Below, in pieces: positions 1 to 8,783 of a DNA stretch of 43,065 nt; the first letter of the stretch is position 1, and each line of letters opens with the position of its first letter. Source of the DNA: Candidatus Omnitrophota bacterium. GTDB lineage: Bacteria; Omnitrophota; Gorgyraeia; Zapsychrales; Fredricksoniimonadaceae. The stretch covers positions 1 to 43,065 of the forward strand of contig JADFXW010000003.1 of the NCBI GenBank assembly GCA_015233375.1, given 5' to 3'. The notes below the pieces were generated by a model. The model was given only the letters and a program-made list of their open reading frames with translations, had not been told where the DNA came from and did not search any database. A program made the position numbers and the translations under genes.

Positions 1-759
1 CCTGCTTATTATCACCACACCTTGATGGCTATTTTATTGCTTGGCCAAAAACATGACGGCACTCGTTTTGATCAAGCTGAACTGGATTTCTTTTCTGCGT
101 TGGCCTCGGATGTGGCCATGGCCATTCGGAACGCTCAATTATTTGATGATTTAAAAAGAGAGGCAGACCGTAACCGTAATTTGTTTATCCAGACGACCAT
201 TGCTCTAGGATCCGCGATAGAGGCCAAGGACACCTATACGCATGGGCATACCGAGCGCGTGACTAAGTACGCCTTGGCTATAGGCCGTCAGATGGAAGCA
301 ACCAAGACGCATACCTTTCCTTATAAATTTTTTGAAAATTTATATATTGCAGGGCTTCTTCATGATATCGGCAAAATTGGCATCTCGGAGTCTATTTTAT
401 GCAAGCAGGACAAATTAACTACGGCTGAATATGAGATAATGAAAAGCCATACCATACGAGGCGCTGAAATCCTGGCACCCTTGACGGGATTTGAAGAAGT
501 TATTAATGGTGTTAAATACCATCATGAACGTTATGATGGAGGAGGGTATCCTGAAGGCTTAAAAGGTGAAGATGTGCCGATGATAGCTTCTATTATTGCA
601 GTGGCAGATGCCTTTGATGCCATGACCACAGACAGACCCTACCGCAAAAGTGTCCCCAAAGAACAAGCCCTTATTGAAATACAGTCTTGTATTAACAAAC
701 AGTTTAACCGTAAGCCAGTGGACGCCCTGGTTCAACTTTTTAATAAAAGTGAAATCTGA
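1..759 (+). CDS. GAF / HD-GYP domain signalling protein (c-di-GMP phosphodiesterase type), 5' end outside window
   Basis: Frame 1 is open from base 1, so the ATG at 22 is internal. Motifs GHTERV, LLHDIGKIG and HHERYDGGGYP plus DAFDAMTTDRPYRK match the HD-GYP family. The N-terminal part resembles the end of a GAF domain. Confidence 0.85.
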   Translation, partial: PAYYHHTLMAILLLGQKHDGTRFDQAELDFFSALASDVAMAIRNAQLFDDLKREADRNRNLFIQTTIALGSAIEAKDTYTHGHTERVTKYALAIGRQMEATKTHTFPYKFFENLYIAGLLHDIGKIGISESILCKQDKLTTAEYEIMKSHTIRGAEILAPLTGFEEVINGVKYHHERYDGGGYPEGLKGEDVPMIASIIAVADAFDAMTTDRPYRKSVPKEQALIEIQSCINKQFNRKPVDALVQLFNKSEI

Positions 760-763
760 TCCT

Positions 764-1312
764 TTATACAGCAACAGGGGTCAATACTGATAAGAATTTG
801 ACAACTCCTTTACCCACATTGCGAAAATAATGAGGGAGGGATGAGTCAAAATATAAGGTGTTGTATTTATGCAATAGAAAGGTCTTATCGTTAACCAGGA
901 TTTCTACGTGGCCTTCTAGGACATAAACAAATTTTTCAGAACCGCCTTGATCTTGTTCTTTGTTCGTTTTTCCGCCTTCTTCAATCCGAACCAAGGTAGG
1001 CATCATCTTCTTGTTCATGACATTCTTGGTCAATATTTCATAAGAGGTGTTGTCGCTATGCGTGAAGACGTCAGTGTTCTTTTCATTCTTGAGGTCCATG
1101 ATAGCGTTTTGACTAGTCAAGCCTTTATAAAATTCAGTGACATCAATCCCCAAGACCTTGGCAATTTGGATATGGGATTCTAAGGTCCCAATCATTTTCT
1201 TGTTTTCAATGCGGCTTAAGGTTGCCATTTGAACGCCGCTTCTTTCAGAAAGTTCAGTTAAAGATATTTTTTTTGCTTTACGGATAGAGTGAAGTAAGTC
1301 GCCTATATACAT
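764..1312 (-). CDS. XRE-family HTH transcriptional regulator with C-terminal cupin domain
   Basis: N-terminus LSLTELSERSGVQMATLSRIENKK is a typical HTH_3 motif. C-terminus FVYVLEGHVEILVNDKTFLLHKYNTLYFDSSLPHYFRNVG is cupin-like. Convergent with the HD-GYP gene. Confidence 0.8.
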   Translation of the reverse strand: MYIGDLLHSIRKAKKISLTELSERSGVQMATLSRIENKKMIGTLESHIQIAKVLGIDVTEFYKGLTSQNAIMDLKNEKNTDVFTHSDNTSYEILTKNVMNKKMMPTLVRIEEGGKTNKEQDQGGSEKFVYVLEGHVEILVNDKTFLLHKYNTLYFDSSLPHYFRNVGKGVVKFLSVLTPVAV

Positions 1313-1367
1313 AATTCCTTCCTTTTTTTTAAGTGTTATTTTAATGTTAGCATTCTTTGATTAATTT

Positions 1368-1395
1368 ACAACAAAATAATAAGAAAAATTGTTGT
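1368..1395. promoter_or_regulatory. Inverted repeat ACAACAA-N14-TTGTTGT in the divergent regulator/spoVG intergenic region (possible operator)
   Basis: 7-bp perfect arms read directly from the sequence. It lies between the XRE-cupin start and the spoVG promoter. Confidence 0.3.
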
Positions 1396-1417
1396 TATCT
1401 TAAAATCAATATTTAAT

Positions 1418-1446
1418 TTGACAAATAATCAAACATTTGTTAAGAT
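1418..1446 (+). promoter_or_regulatory. Sigma70-like promoter for spoVG (TTGACA - 17 nt - TAAGAT)
   Basis: TTGACA at 1418-1423, a 17-nt spacer, then TAAGAT at 1441-1446, about 38 nt upstream of the spoVG ATG. The TTG of the ORF-track start at 1418 is this -35 box. Confidence 0.45.
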
Positions 1447-1483
1447 TTTTGCAGTTAAAAACCAATATGAGGGAGACAGGGAT

Positions 1484-1747
1484 ATGCCTATAGACACCTT
1501 TGATGTTAAAGTAGTCAAAATACATCGTCTGCATCAAGAAAGTCGCATAAAGGCCTTTGTGGATTTAGGGGTCAATGATGCGTTGGTGATTAAGGGCTTG
1601 CGGGTTGTGCAAGGCAAAAAAGGCTTATTTGTCGCCATGCCCTCCGAGCAGGGCAAAAACGAACGCTGGTATGAACGGGTGCAGTGTGTTGATAAGGATG
1701 TGCGTTCTATGATTTCTTCCAAGGTCTTGGAATCGTATACCACTTAA
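1484..1747 (+). CDS. spoVG: SpoVG-family regulatory/septation protein
   Basis: IKAFVDLGVNDALVIKGLRVVQGKKGLFVAMPSEQ matches the SpoVG core (..hdirvi.g..GlFVAMPS..). The ATG at 1484 is preceded by GGGAGA. The upstream part of the ORF-track call is promoter sequence. Confidence 0.85.
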   Translation: MPIDTFDVKVVKIHRLHQESRIKAFVDLGVNDALVIKGLRVVQGKKGLFVAMPSEQGKNERWYERVQCVDKDVRSMISSKVLESYTT

Positions 1748-1880
1748 TATTATTCGTAGTGCCCTTAAGAAGGTCATAGGGTAAGGCTTTATCGTTTATC
1801 CGGAGAATGAAAGGCCAAGGGGGCCGTATGATTTTCATTGCTTACAAGCCGCTGGGCACAGCGAATAATATTTTTCTTTT
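1746..1880 (+). ncRNA. Candidate structured RNA or very long-stem terminator between spoVG and serS
   Basis: AATATTATTCG-TA-GTGCCC (1746-1764) pairs with GGGCAC-AG-CGAATAATATT (1854-1872). Nested helices lie inside (AATGAAA/TTTCATT and GGCC/GGCC). A T-run TTTTTCTTTT follows. Confidence 0.35.
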
Positions 1881-1940
1881 GACACCTTAAAAATGCTGCG
1901 TTAACATACTCTCTGTTTTTTAAAAGAGAGAGAGCATCTT

Positions 1941-3215
1941 ATGCATGATTTAAAATTGATCCGGGAAAATCCGCAAAGATTTAAAGAGGGCTTGGCTCTT
2001 AAACGGGCTACTATTGATTTGGACGCGCTCTTACAATTAGATGCACAAAGACGTCAATTGATTGTTAAAATCGATGAGCTCAAGGCCCGGAAGAATACGG
2101 CTAATGATGAAATCAGTCGTCTCATTAAAGAGAAACAAAATCCCAAAGACTGTATTGCTTCCATGAAGACCATTGCCTCCCGGATTGATGAGTTAGATCC
2201 TCAAGTGAAAGTCTTTGATGAGAAAATCCACCAAATCCTTTTAACGATACCGAATTTGCCTCATGAATCTGTTCCTCAAGGAGGGATGGAGGCCAATAAA
2301 ATTGTGGCTCATTGGGGGGATAAACCTGTTTTTGATTTCAAACCCAAAACCCACATTGAAATTGCCGAGGATTTGGATATTATTGATTTTAAACGGGGGA
2401 CCAAATTAAGCGGTTCCAATTTTATTCTTTATAAGGATCTTGGGGCCAGACTTGAGCGGGCTTTATATAATTTCATGCTTGATTTACACACCAGCCAGCA
2501 TGGTTATAGGGAAATGGCGCCTCCGGTTTTAGTTAATCCCGCTTCCATGACAGCCACAGGCCAGCTTCCTAAAATGAAAGAAGACATGTATCATGTCCAG
2601 GCTGATGACCTTTATTTAGTGCCCACGGCAGAGGTCCCTGTCACTAATATCCACCGTGATGAAATGCTCAATGAAGACCAGCTTCCGTTGTGTTATACCG
2701 CGTATACACCCTGTTTTAGAAGGGAAGCAGGTTCTTATGGTAAAGATACCCGCGGCTTGGTGCGTATCCATCAATTTGATAAGGTGGAGCTGGTTAAATT
2801 TGTCAGACCAGAGAGCTCGTACGCAGAGCTTGATTTCCTTTTAGATAATGCGCGCCATGTTTTTCAAATTTTAAATATCCCTCATCGCGTTTTGCTGTTG
2901 GCTTCAGGTGACCTGAGTTTTGCAGCGGCTAAATGCTATGATATTGAGGTTTATGCCGCAGGTCTGGATAAATGGCTTGAAGCCTCAAGCTGCTCTAATT
3001 TTGAAGATTTTCAAGCAAGGCGGGGCAATATTTCTTATAAGGCCAAGGATGGCAAGAAAAAAGGTTTTGTGCATACCTTAAACGGATCTGGAGTTGCTTT
3101 ACCGCGGACCATGGTGGCCTTACTTGAAAACAATCAAACACCTGAAGGTGAAGTGGTGATTCCTCAAGCGCTGCGCTCCTATATGGGAGGCTTGGAAAAA
3201 CTAACGCGGCGTTAA
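1941..3215 (+). CDS. serS: Seryl-tRNA synthetase
   Basis: 424 aa. It has the N-terminal coiled-coil arm followed by a class II core (TAEVPVTN, CFRREAGSYGKDTRGLVRIHQFDKVE, NGSGVALPRTMVALLEN). Confidence 0.97.
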   Translation: MHDLKLIRENPQRFKEGLALKRATIDLDALLQLDAQRRQLIVKIDELKARKNTANDEISRLIKEKQNPKDCIASMKTIASRIDELDPQVKVFDEKIHQILLTIPNLPHESVPQGGMEANKIVAHWGDKPVFDFKPKTHIEIAEDLDIIDFKRGTKLSGSNFILYKDLGARLERALYNFMLDLHTSQHGYREMAPPVLVNPASMTATGQLPKMKEDMYHVQADDLYLVPTAEVPVTNIHRDEMLNEDQLPLCYTAYTPCFRREAGSYGKDTRGLVRIHQFDKVELVKFVRPESSYAELDFLLDNARHVFQILNIPHRVLLLASGDLSFAAAKCYDIEVYAAGLDKWLEASSCSNFEDFQARRGNISYKAKDGKKKGFVHTLNGSGVALPRTMVALLENNQTPEGEVVIPQALRSYMGGLEKLTRR

Positions 3216-3233
3216 CCCCTGTTGTAAGGCTGT

Positions 3234-3270
3234 GTCATTGCGAGGCCGCTTTTTGGCCGAAGCAATCTTT
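3234..3270 (-). repeat. Hairpin repeat family C copy (reverse orientation), possibly doubling as the serS terminator
   Basis: Its reverse complement AAAGATTGCTTCG-GCCAAAAAGCGGCCT-CGCAATGACA shares both termini with the copies at 9444-9473 and 42768-42797. The stem ATTGC..GGCC/GGCC..GCAAT is followed by CTTTT. Confidence 0.6.
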
Positions 3271-3297
3271 TGCTACGCGCAAGATAAGGAATTTTTT

Positions 3298-3903
3298 GTG
3301 AAACAGGCTTTGATAGCAATTTTTAAATTAGTTTTTTTTATTCTTATCCTTCCTATTATTATTGCTATTGTAACGGCCTTTGGAAACCAAGTCGTATTAT
3401 TACCAGCCAAAAAAACAATCTGGATTTATTGGGGTGCTTTGGGGTATATCGTTCTATACCTTTTTGCTTACAATTTTCAAGAAGTCCATGCCTTTGGCCA
3501 ATCCATGATTGAAAAGTGTTTAGCTTTTTTTAAACCTGCGGTGTATATTTTTCCTATTTACGCAATTTTGTTAACCTTAGGCTATTTCATCACAACCTTG
3601 CTTGAGCATCACCATGCATTCCAGTCTTATTTTTTGTCAGCCATTGCTTTTTTTGCAGCCATGCACCTGGTTTTAACAGCAAGAGAAATCTATGAAGCTG
3701 ATAAGGGCCTTCTTAAAAGCCATTATCTGCTTTGTTTTGGTCTGATTGTGGTTGTCTTTTTGTCGATAGCTTCCTTATTGTTAGCTTGTGTGATGCCTGA
3801 GTTCTCATTAATAGAATTCTTCAAATCTGCCTATTATCAAATCATTTACCAATATCACTTCATCTATCAACGTCTTTTTATGGATACAGGAGTCTTACGT
3901 TAA
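3298..3903 (+). CDS. Multi-pass membrane protein, function unknown
   Basis: Several hydrophobic helices. I prefer the GTG at 3298, which is preceded by AAGGA, because the ORF-track start at 3232 lies inside the family C hairpin. The start is uncertain. Confidence 0.55.
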   Translation: MKQALIAIFKLVFFILILPIIIAIVTAFGNQVVLLPAKKTIWIYWGALGYIVLYLFAYNFQEVHAFGQSMIEKCLAFFKPAVYIFPIYAILLTLGYFITTLLEHHHAFQSYFLSAIAFFAAMHLVLTAREIYEADKGLLKSHYLLCFGLIVVVFLSIASLLLACVMPEFSLIEFFKSAYYQIIYQYHFIYQRLFMDTGVLR

Positions 3904-4129
3904 AATCAATTAACCTGTTGTAATTATTTACTTTATAACATCCCCATAATTCTTCCAAAAATATTTTTTTATAAAAATAAAATAAAATTTCTTATTTTTA
4001 TCTATTTGCAATCATGAAGGTTGGAAACGTTTTCTCAAAATTGTCGACGTAATATAAACATTTGCTTTTTAAAAAATATATGCTATTCTTTCAAAGAATC
4101 TTCCTATTAACTTTTTGACAAAATATACT

Positions 4130-7100
4130 ATGAAAACACTACAAAAAACCCTCTGTTGTTGTGTCATTGTTAGTTTCATTGTCACCTCGTTATTCAATCC
4201 TTCAGTATTTGCCCAAAATGTTTCTCAAGAAAATTTAACAAAATTATTGATTACCTTGCCTACGCCAGGCACAAGGGTAGATTTAAGCCCTGCATTTAAT
4301 CCTGTGGTTATCAGGGGTTTAAAAATCCATCCTGAAAACCCATTTTTATTCGATTTTATTGTTGATCCAGGTGATGACCATTTAAAGGGCGAGGGTTTAC
4401 GCACTCCTGTCCAACGCCTGGTTAATTATTTTTTGGCAGCCTTGGCTGTGCCTGAAAAAGACCTTTGGGTTAACTTGTCACCTGTGGAAAGAAACCGCAT
4501 TATCCCGGATTCTCTTAATAAAACAGAACTGGGAAGAGACCTTTTAGCAGAAGATTATATCCTCAAACAAGTAAGCGCTTCTTTAATATATCCTGAAAGC
4601 CATCTGGGGAAAGTTTTTTGGGCCAAGGTTTATGAGGAGGCTTATAAGAAATTTGGCAAAACCCAGGTGCCAGTCAATATTTTTAATAAAGTTTGGATAC
4701 TTCCTGAAAAAGCCTCAGTCTATGAAAAAGGCAACTCCGTTTATATTGTCAACGCGCATTTGAAGGTGATGCTGGATGATGATTTGATGGCCCAAGGTTT
4801 ATTGGGCAAGAAGGGGAGTTCAGGGTCAAAGGTTTCTGGGGTCAAGGATGTTTCAACAGATGTGATGCGCCAGGTGATTTTGCCGGCTATTGACAAAGAA
4901 ATTAATGAGGGGAAAAATTTTGCCCAGGTCAGACAATCTTTTTATTCATTGATATTGGCCCAATGGTACAGGGATGTATTCAAAGCCTCCATCCTTAATA
5001 AAGATTACGCGGGACGTAATAAGGTCGCGGGTATTGATTATAGTGATCCGAAGAATAAAAATGTTATTTACCAGAAATATTTAGCAGCCTATCGTAAAGG
5101 TGTTTTTAATTACATTAAAGACGAAACCAGCCTTTTGACTCAAAGTCCTTTACCAAGGAAGTATTTTTCGGGCGGGTTTGATGGTATGCACCGTGTAGAA
5201 CGCGACTCCGTGTCTTTGCCTGGCACAACAGCCGCAATGGCTTCTTCTGTGAATGTGCGGGTTAATATTGAGCCTTTGACGCAGCATGCATCAGCGGCCA
5301 TGATACCAGCTGAACTTCCACCTGATGACATATGGTTTTCTTTTCAGTTTCCACAAAAGGTTCTTCTCCCGCTATTAATAGATTGTTTAAGTAGTCCGCA
5401 TTATTTTAACAAGGACAAACTTTTTGCTTTTATAGAAAAATATTCACAAAAAGTGGCTGCTCAAAGAAAATCTCCTGTTGAAGGAGCATGGCCTGTGTTA
5501 AAAGCAATTACCCTGTTATCAAAAAGACAAGAAGCTGATTTGGTTGGAATTCTTCAAAAAAGATACCCTGATTTAAAAAATCGCCCTCTATTGGTTGATA
5601 AGATTCTATTAATGAATAATGTGGTTGATAAAGAAAATTGGTTAAAACAGAGGACTCCCCATTTGCAAGGCCGCAGGATATATCTGACCGCAGCAGAAAT
5701 TCATTATTGGTCAGGAGGTTTGGGTCCTGTCATGAAATTCCACGGCAAAGGCATGAAGGATTTAGGCGCAGATGTGTGTTATGTTGAGCCTCGTTATCAA
5801 TTAGGGAAGAATGTGCCAATAGCAAAATATAAAATTGCTGAGGCTTTAGGTTCTAACTATTTACAAAACTTGATAAGTGTGGGATTCTTGCACGAGGTGT
5901 CGTCTTTGGAAGTGAAGCCTAATTTACAAGGGGGAGTTCTTCAGGATTATGAACTGGAACAAGCTGTTGGTCTTGACATTGGTCGTCAGATAGTGGGAGT
6001 TTTGGTCAAGAGTCAATATGCCGAAATTATTGGACAAACTGAACTGCATCTTAGTAGGAATGTCAGTGAAAATGAGATTATATGGAACCTTGGTGAGCAT
6101 CATTTCCCAGAAGAAGTCAAAGTTGCTTTTCAAAAATTAATCCAGCGTTCTAAAAAAGTTTTACAAGATGATGAGGTCTTACGTGCATTAGGCTCTGATA
6201 AAGCCCGTAAATTTTGGAGTATTTTACCTCAAAAGCTTGATTATAGAAACGCTAATATCAAAATACACGATTTAGAGGAAGATGTGGATGAGTTTGTGAT
6301 TGAAATGGGAAACACCGATCCATGGGGAAATAAATTAGAAGGAATGGTTGTTAAAGAAGCTCTTTCATCTGATCCTAAAAAAGCTGAAACAATTTGGGAT
6401 GCTTTGCAAAGAGGTGGGATTATAGATTTCATGGGACAATATGCTGGACAAAGGATGTTTGATGAAACTACGATCAGGAATTTGCTTGATTTGCCGGGAA
6501 TTTCAGATCAAGAAAAGAAAGACGTTTCCGAAATGCTCTTACGAGTTGTGAGAGAAAATCTTAAGCAAGTTAGGGTCAAGGTTGCGAAGGGTGTGGATGA
6601 AAATGGAATCACGGTTTATTTATTTAAAGATGTAGGTTTTGATGGCGTATCATCCTATTACACCAAAATGCTTTATAGTTACCACAAACCTGATAATCCT
6701 ATTAGTCAAGAACAATCCATGGCTTTTATTAATATTGCAACCGCTGAATTGATAAATCGCCTTGAACGTCAAAGACAACAAGATGATCCTGATTGGAAAC
6801 CCGCCATAGTTCATGCCAATGATGGGCAATACGGTCCTTTACAAGCTGTTATGCAGAGCCGGCATGGCCATAATAACTGGATGGCTAATATTATTTACGC
6901 AGCAACAACACATACGTATCAAAATCGTGGTGGAAATGTTGTAGAATTTGGCATTAATACATTTTTGCGTTTTATGTTGAGGGTCAAAGAAAGATTCATT
7001 AGTGCCTTTCGACGTGGATTCAATTGGATTGATTTCACTAGTGGAGGCTTAAGGCTTGCTCATTGGGCTGGTGGTGTTAGTCAAAAACAAAGTAATGATG

Positions 7101-8629
7101 TTAACCCTTTAGACCCTCACACAAATGTGGTGGGGATTACGAATGGGGCTGTCCCTGAAGAAATGGCTGCTGTTTACCGTCAAACATTTAAAGAATTACA
7201 GAAAATTGGGGCTATCCCTCAAGATGCTGATTATGAAAGGCCAACATGGGAAGAAAATGCTAAAACGAAAGAAGCCTGCCGGGTAAAATTGAATAATGCT
7301 GACATTAGGACAGCTAATGGAGGGACATTAAGGGTTGGGAATGGGCCTATCATTGGTTATGCCAGAAGACTGGTTCCTGAGAAGGCAGGAAGAACAAGAA
7401 GAAATCTAGATCGTACTGTTGAGCCTGGGGCTTTTTCTGATACGAATATTAAGAGGATGGTTGCGTTAGGTTATGAAGTGGTTTTATTGGGTAATATTCA
7501 GGGTTCAGATGAAAGCGAGGATCTTGCCGCAGGGTTAAGGAGCTTAGAAAGGGAGATAAGAAGACTTAAACACAACGATCCCAATACATATAAAGGAAAT
7601 TTTCAATTTGTGGAGTCCTTTACCCCACAAGATAAGGTTTTGTTTGAAGCTGCTGTTAATATCCAAATCCAAGACTCTTGGCCTAGCACAGGAGCTTGTG
7701 AGTTTTCTGAGGAAGATTCCACTGCGACCGGGGGCGTTCAAGGCGGAACAGATGAAGGGGTTATTCAACGTCAAGGTATTCCGTTAAAATACCGAGAAAA
7801 AGACAAAGAACACGAACAGCCTGTAGGTCAAACTGTATTTCCTGCTGAGTATACCGAAGATTCATGGTATAACACGGTCTTTAAACCATTAAAGGAGTAT
7901 TGGGACAGAGACCGCGACCATAGAACATTTTATGAACATGCGGCTCTTTCTCCAAGATTAAACCGTATTCAAAACTATCTTTTAACATCAGCGGATTATT
8001 TAATGGAGTATCAAAAGGTTATTGAACTTCAGGAAAGAATTGCTGTTGAGGACACACAAGCGCTGAATGCTATCGTTAATGATCTTCAACAAAATCATGC
8101 AAGCGACATAAATGAAATTGTTTATAATTCGCACGGTATTGGTCCTTTTGGGTTTGATATTTATGGAGTCAGAGCTGAAAATGGGGGGTTACGATCTTTT
8201 CTTGATGCCCGGAATGGTTTAGAAAACACCGTTGGTTATGATGCTTTATTGCATTACACCCAGAGAGGCGATATTCAGAATTATTTAAAAGCTTTATTTC
8301 GCAATACTGGCCAATCTCAACAGATATTATCTCATTGGTTAGATAGAGTAGCAAGAGATGAAGATTTAAGCCTTGATCAAAAAAATCAACGTTTGGGGCA
8401 ATTTATTGAACAGCTGACATTGTCTCTGGAAGTCGCAGGGGTTAATCATGCCATGGCGCCTGGCGGTATCAAATTAGATAATATTGATATTGAAAAGCAT
8501 GGAAGCCTGACTGCCAATCTTGTTACAAATAAGACCCTTGAAGATATGCTTATTCAATCAGCAGGGGTTAGGGGAGATATTATGGCTATTACGGCTATCC
8601 CTAATCTCATGGAATTTATTGTTAAGTAA
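4130..8629 (+). CDS. P1: exported giant protein with conserved head, glycogen synthase/phosphorylase-like GT-B payload and conserved tail
   Basis: Signal peptide MKTLQKTLCCCVIVSFIVTSLFNPSVFAQ. Head motifs are shared with P2-P4 (HPENPFLFDFI, LWVNLSP, GRDLLAEDYILKQ, FNKVWILPEKA, INEGKNFA, PRKYFSGG). Middle motifs are SGGLGPV, IVHANDGQYGP, THTYQNRG, GITNGA and YARRLVPEKAG. Tail is GGIKLDN... An alternative TTG start lies at 4115. Confidence 0.85.
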   Translation: MKTLQKTLCCCVIVSFIVTSLFNPSVFAQNVSQENLTKLLITLPTPGTRVDLSPAFNPVVIRGLKIHPENPFLFDFIVDPGDDHLKGEGLRTPVQRLVNYFLAALAVPEKDLWVNLSPVERNRIIPDSLNKTELGRDLLAEDYILKQVSASLIYPESHLGKVFWAKVYEEAYKKFGKTQVPVNIFNKVWILPEKASVYEKGNSVYIVNAHLKVMLDDDLMAQGLLGKKGSSGSKVSGVKDVSTDVMRQVILPAIDKEINEGKNFAQVRQSFYSLILAQWYRDVFKASILNKDYAGRNKVAGIDYSDPKNKNVIYQKYLAAYRKGVFNYIKDETSLLTQSPLPRKYFSGGFDGMHRVERDSVSLPGTTAAMASSVNVRVNIEPLTQHASAAMIPAELPPDDIWFSFQFPQKVLLPLLIDCLSSPHYFNKDKLFAFIEKYSQKVAAQRKSPVEGAWPVLKAITLLSKRQEADLVGILQKRYPDLKNRPLLVDKILLMNNVVDKENWLKQRTPHLQGRRIYLTAAEIHYWSGGLGPVMKFHGKGMKDLGADVCYVEPRYQLGKNVPIAKYKIAEALGSNYLQNLISVGFLHEVSSLEVKPNLQGGVLQDYELEQAVGLDIGRQIVGVLVKSQYAEIIGQTELHLSRNVSENEIIWNLGEHHFPEEVKVAFQKLIQRSKKVLQDDEVLRALGSDKARKFWSILPQKLDYRNANIKIHDLEEDVDEFVIEMGNTDPWGNKLEGMVVKEALSSDPKKAETIWDALQRGGIIDFMGQYAGQRMFDETTIRNLLDLPGISDQEKKDVSEMLLRVVRENLKQVRVKVAKGVDENGITVYLFKDVGFDGVSSYYTKMLYSYHKPDNPISQEQSMAFINIATAELINRLERQRQQDDPDWKPAIVHANDGQYGPLQAVMQSRHGHNNWMANIIYAATTHTYQNRGGNVVEFGINTFLRFMLRVKERFISAFRRGFNWIDFTSGGLRLAHWAGGVSQKQSNDVNPLDPHTNVVGITNGAVPEEMAAVYRQTFKELQKIGAIPQDADYERPTWEENAKTKEACRVKLNNADIRTANGGTLRVGNGPIIGYARRLVPEKAGRTRRNLDRTVEPGAFSDTNIKRMVALGYEVVLLGNIQGSDESEDLAAGLRSLEREIRRLKHNDPNTYKGNFQFVESFTPQDKVLFEAAVNIQIQDSWPSTGACEFSEEDSTATGGVQGGTDEGVIQRQGIPLKYREKDKEHEQPVGQTVFPAEYTEDSWYNTVFKPLKEYWDRDRDHRTFYEHAALSPRLNRIQNYLLTSADYLMEYQKVIELQERIAVEDTQALNAIVNDLQQNHASDINEIVYNSHGIGPFGFDIYGVRAENGGLRSFLDARNGLENTVGYDALLHYTQRGDIQNYLKALFRNTGQSQQILSHWLDRVARDEDLSLDQKNQRLGQFIEQLTLSLEVAGVNHAMAPGGIKLDNIDIEKHGSLTANLVTNKTLEDMLIQSAGVRGDIMAITAIPNLMEFIVK

Positions 8630-8718
8630 AGAACTCCCCCTTACCCCCTCTTTAATCGCTTCGCAAAGAGGGGGTAAATAATTTTTCCCCCTCTTTAATG
8701 CTTCGTAAAGAGGGGGTA
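8630..8718. repeat. Hairpin repeat family A, double-hairpin copy (intergenic, after P1)
   Basis: GAACTCCCCCTTA, then CCCCCTCTTTAATCGCTTCGCAAAGAGGGGG (8644-8674), then CCCCCTCTTTAATGCTTCGTAAAGAGGGGG (8687-8718). The first hairpin is followed by an A/T-rich run and could terminate P1. Confidence 0.85.
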
Positions 8719-8783
8719 ATTTGAAGACCTTCATTTCCAAAATTTTCAATGCGATTTTGACTCCATAAGGGTATAATATCCAA

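Noticed and set aside
1418-1483. TTG start at 1418 for spoVG, with similar upstream-extended ORF-track starts at 15549, 23737, 25531, 34465 and 35945
   Set aside because: The extensions run through promoter or repeat sequence or overlap the preceding gene. Internal ATG codons with an SD give products that begin at the conserved N-termini.
1746-1940. T-box riboswitch upstream of serS
   Set aside because: I could not find the conserved T-box sequence (GGUGGNACCGCG-like), an AG bulge/specifier arrangement or an antiterminator alternative. The structure looks different.
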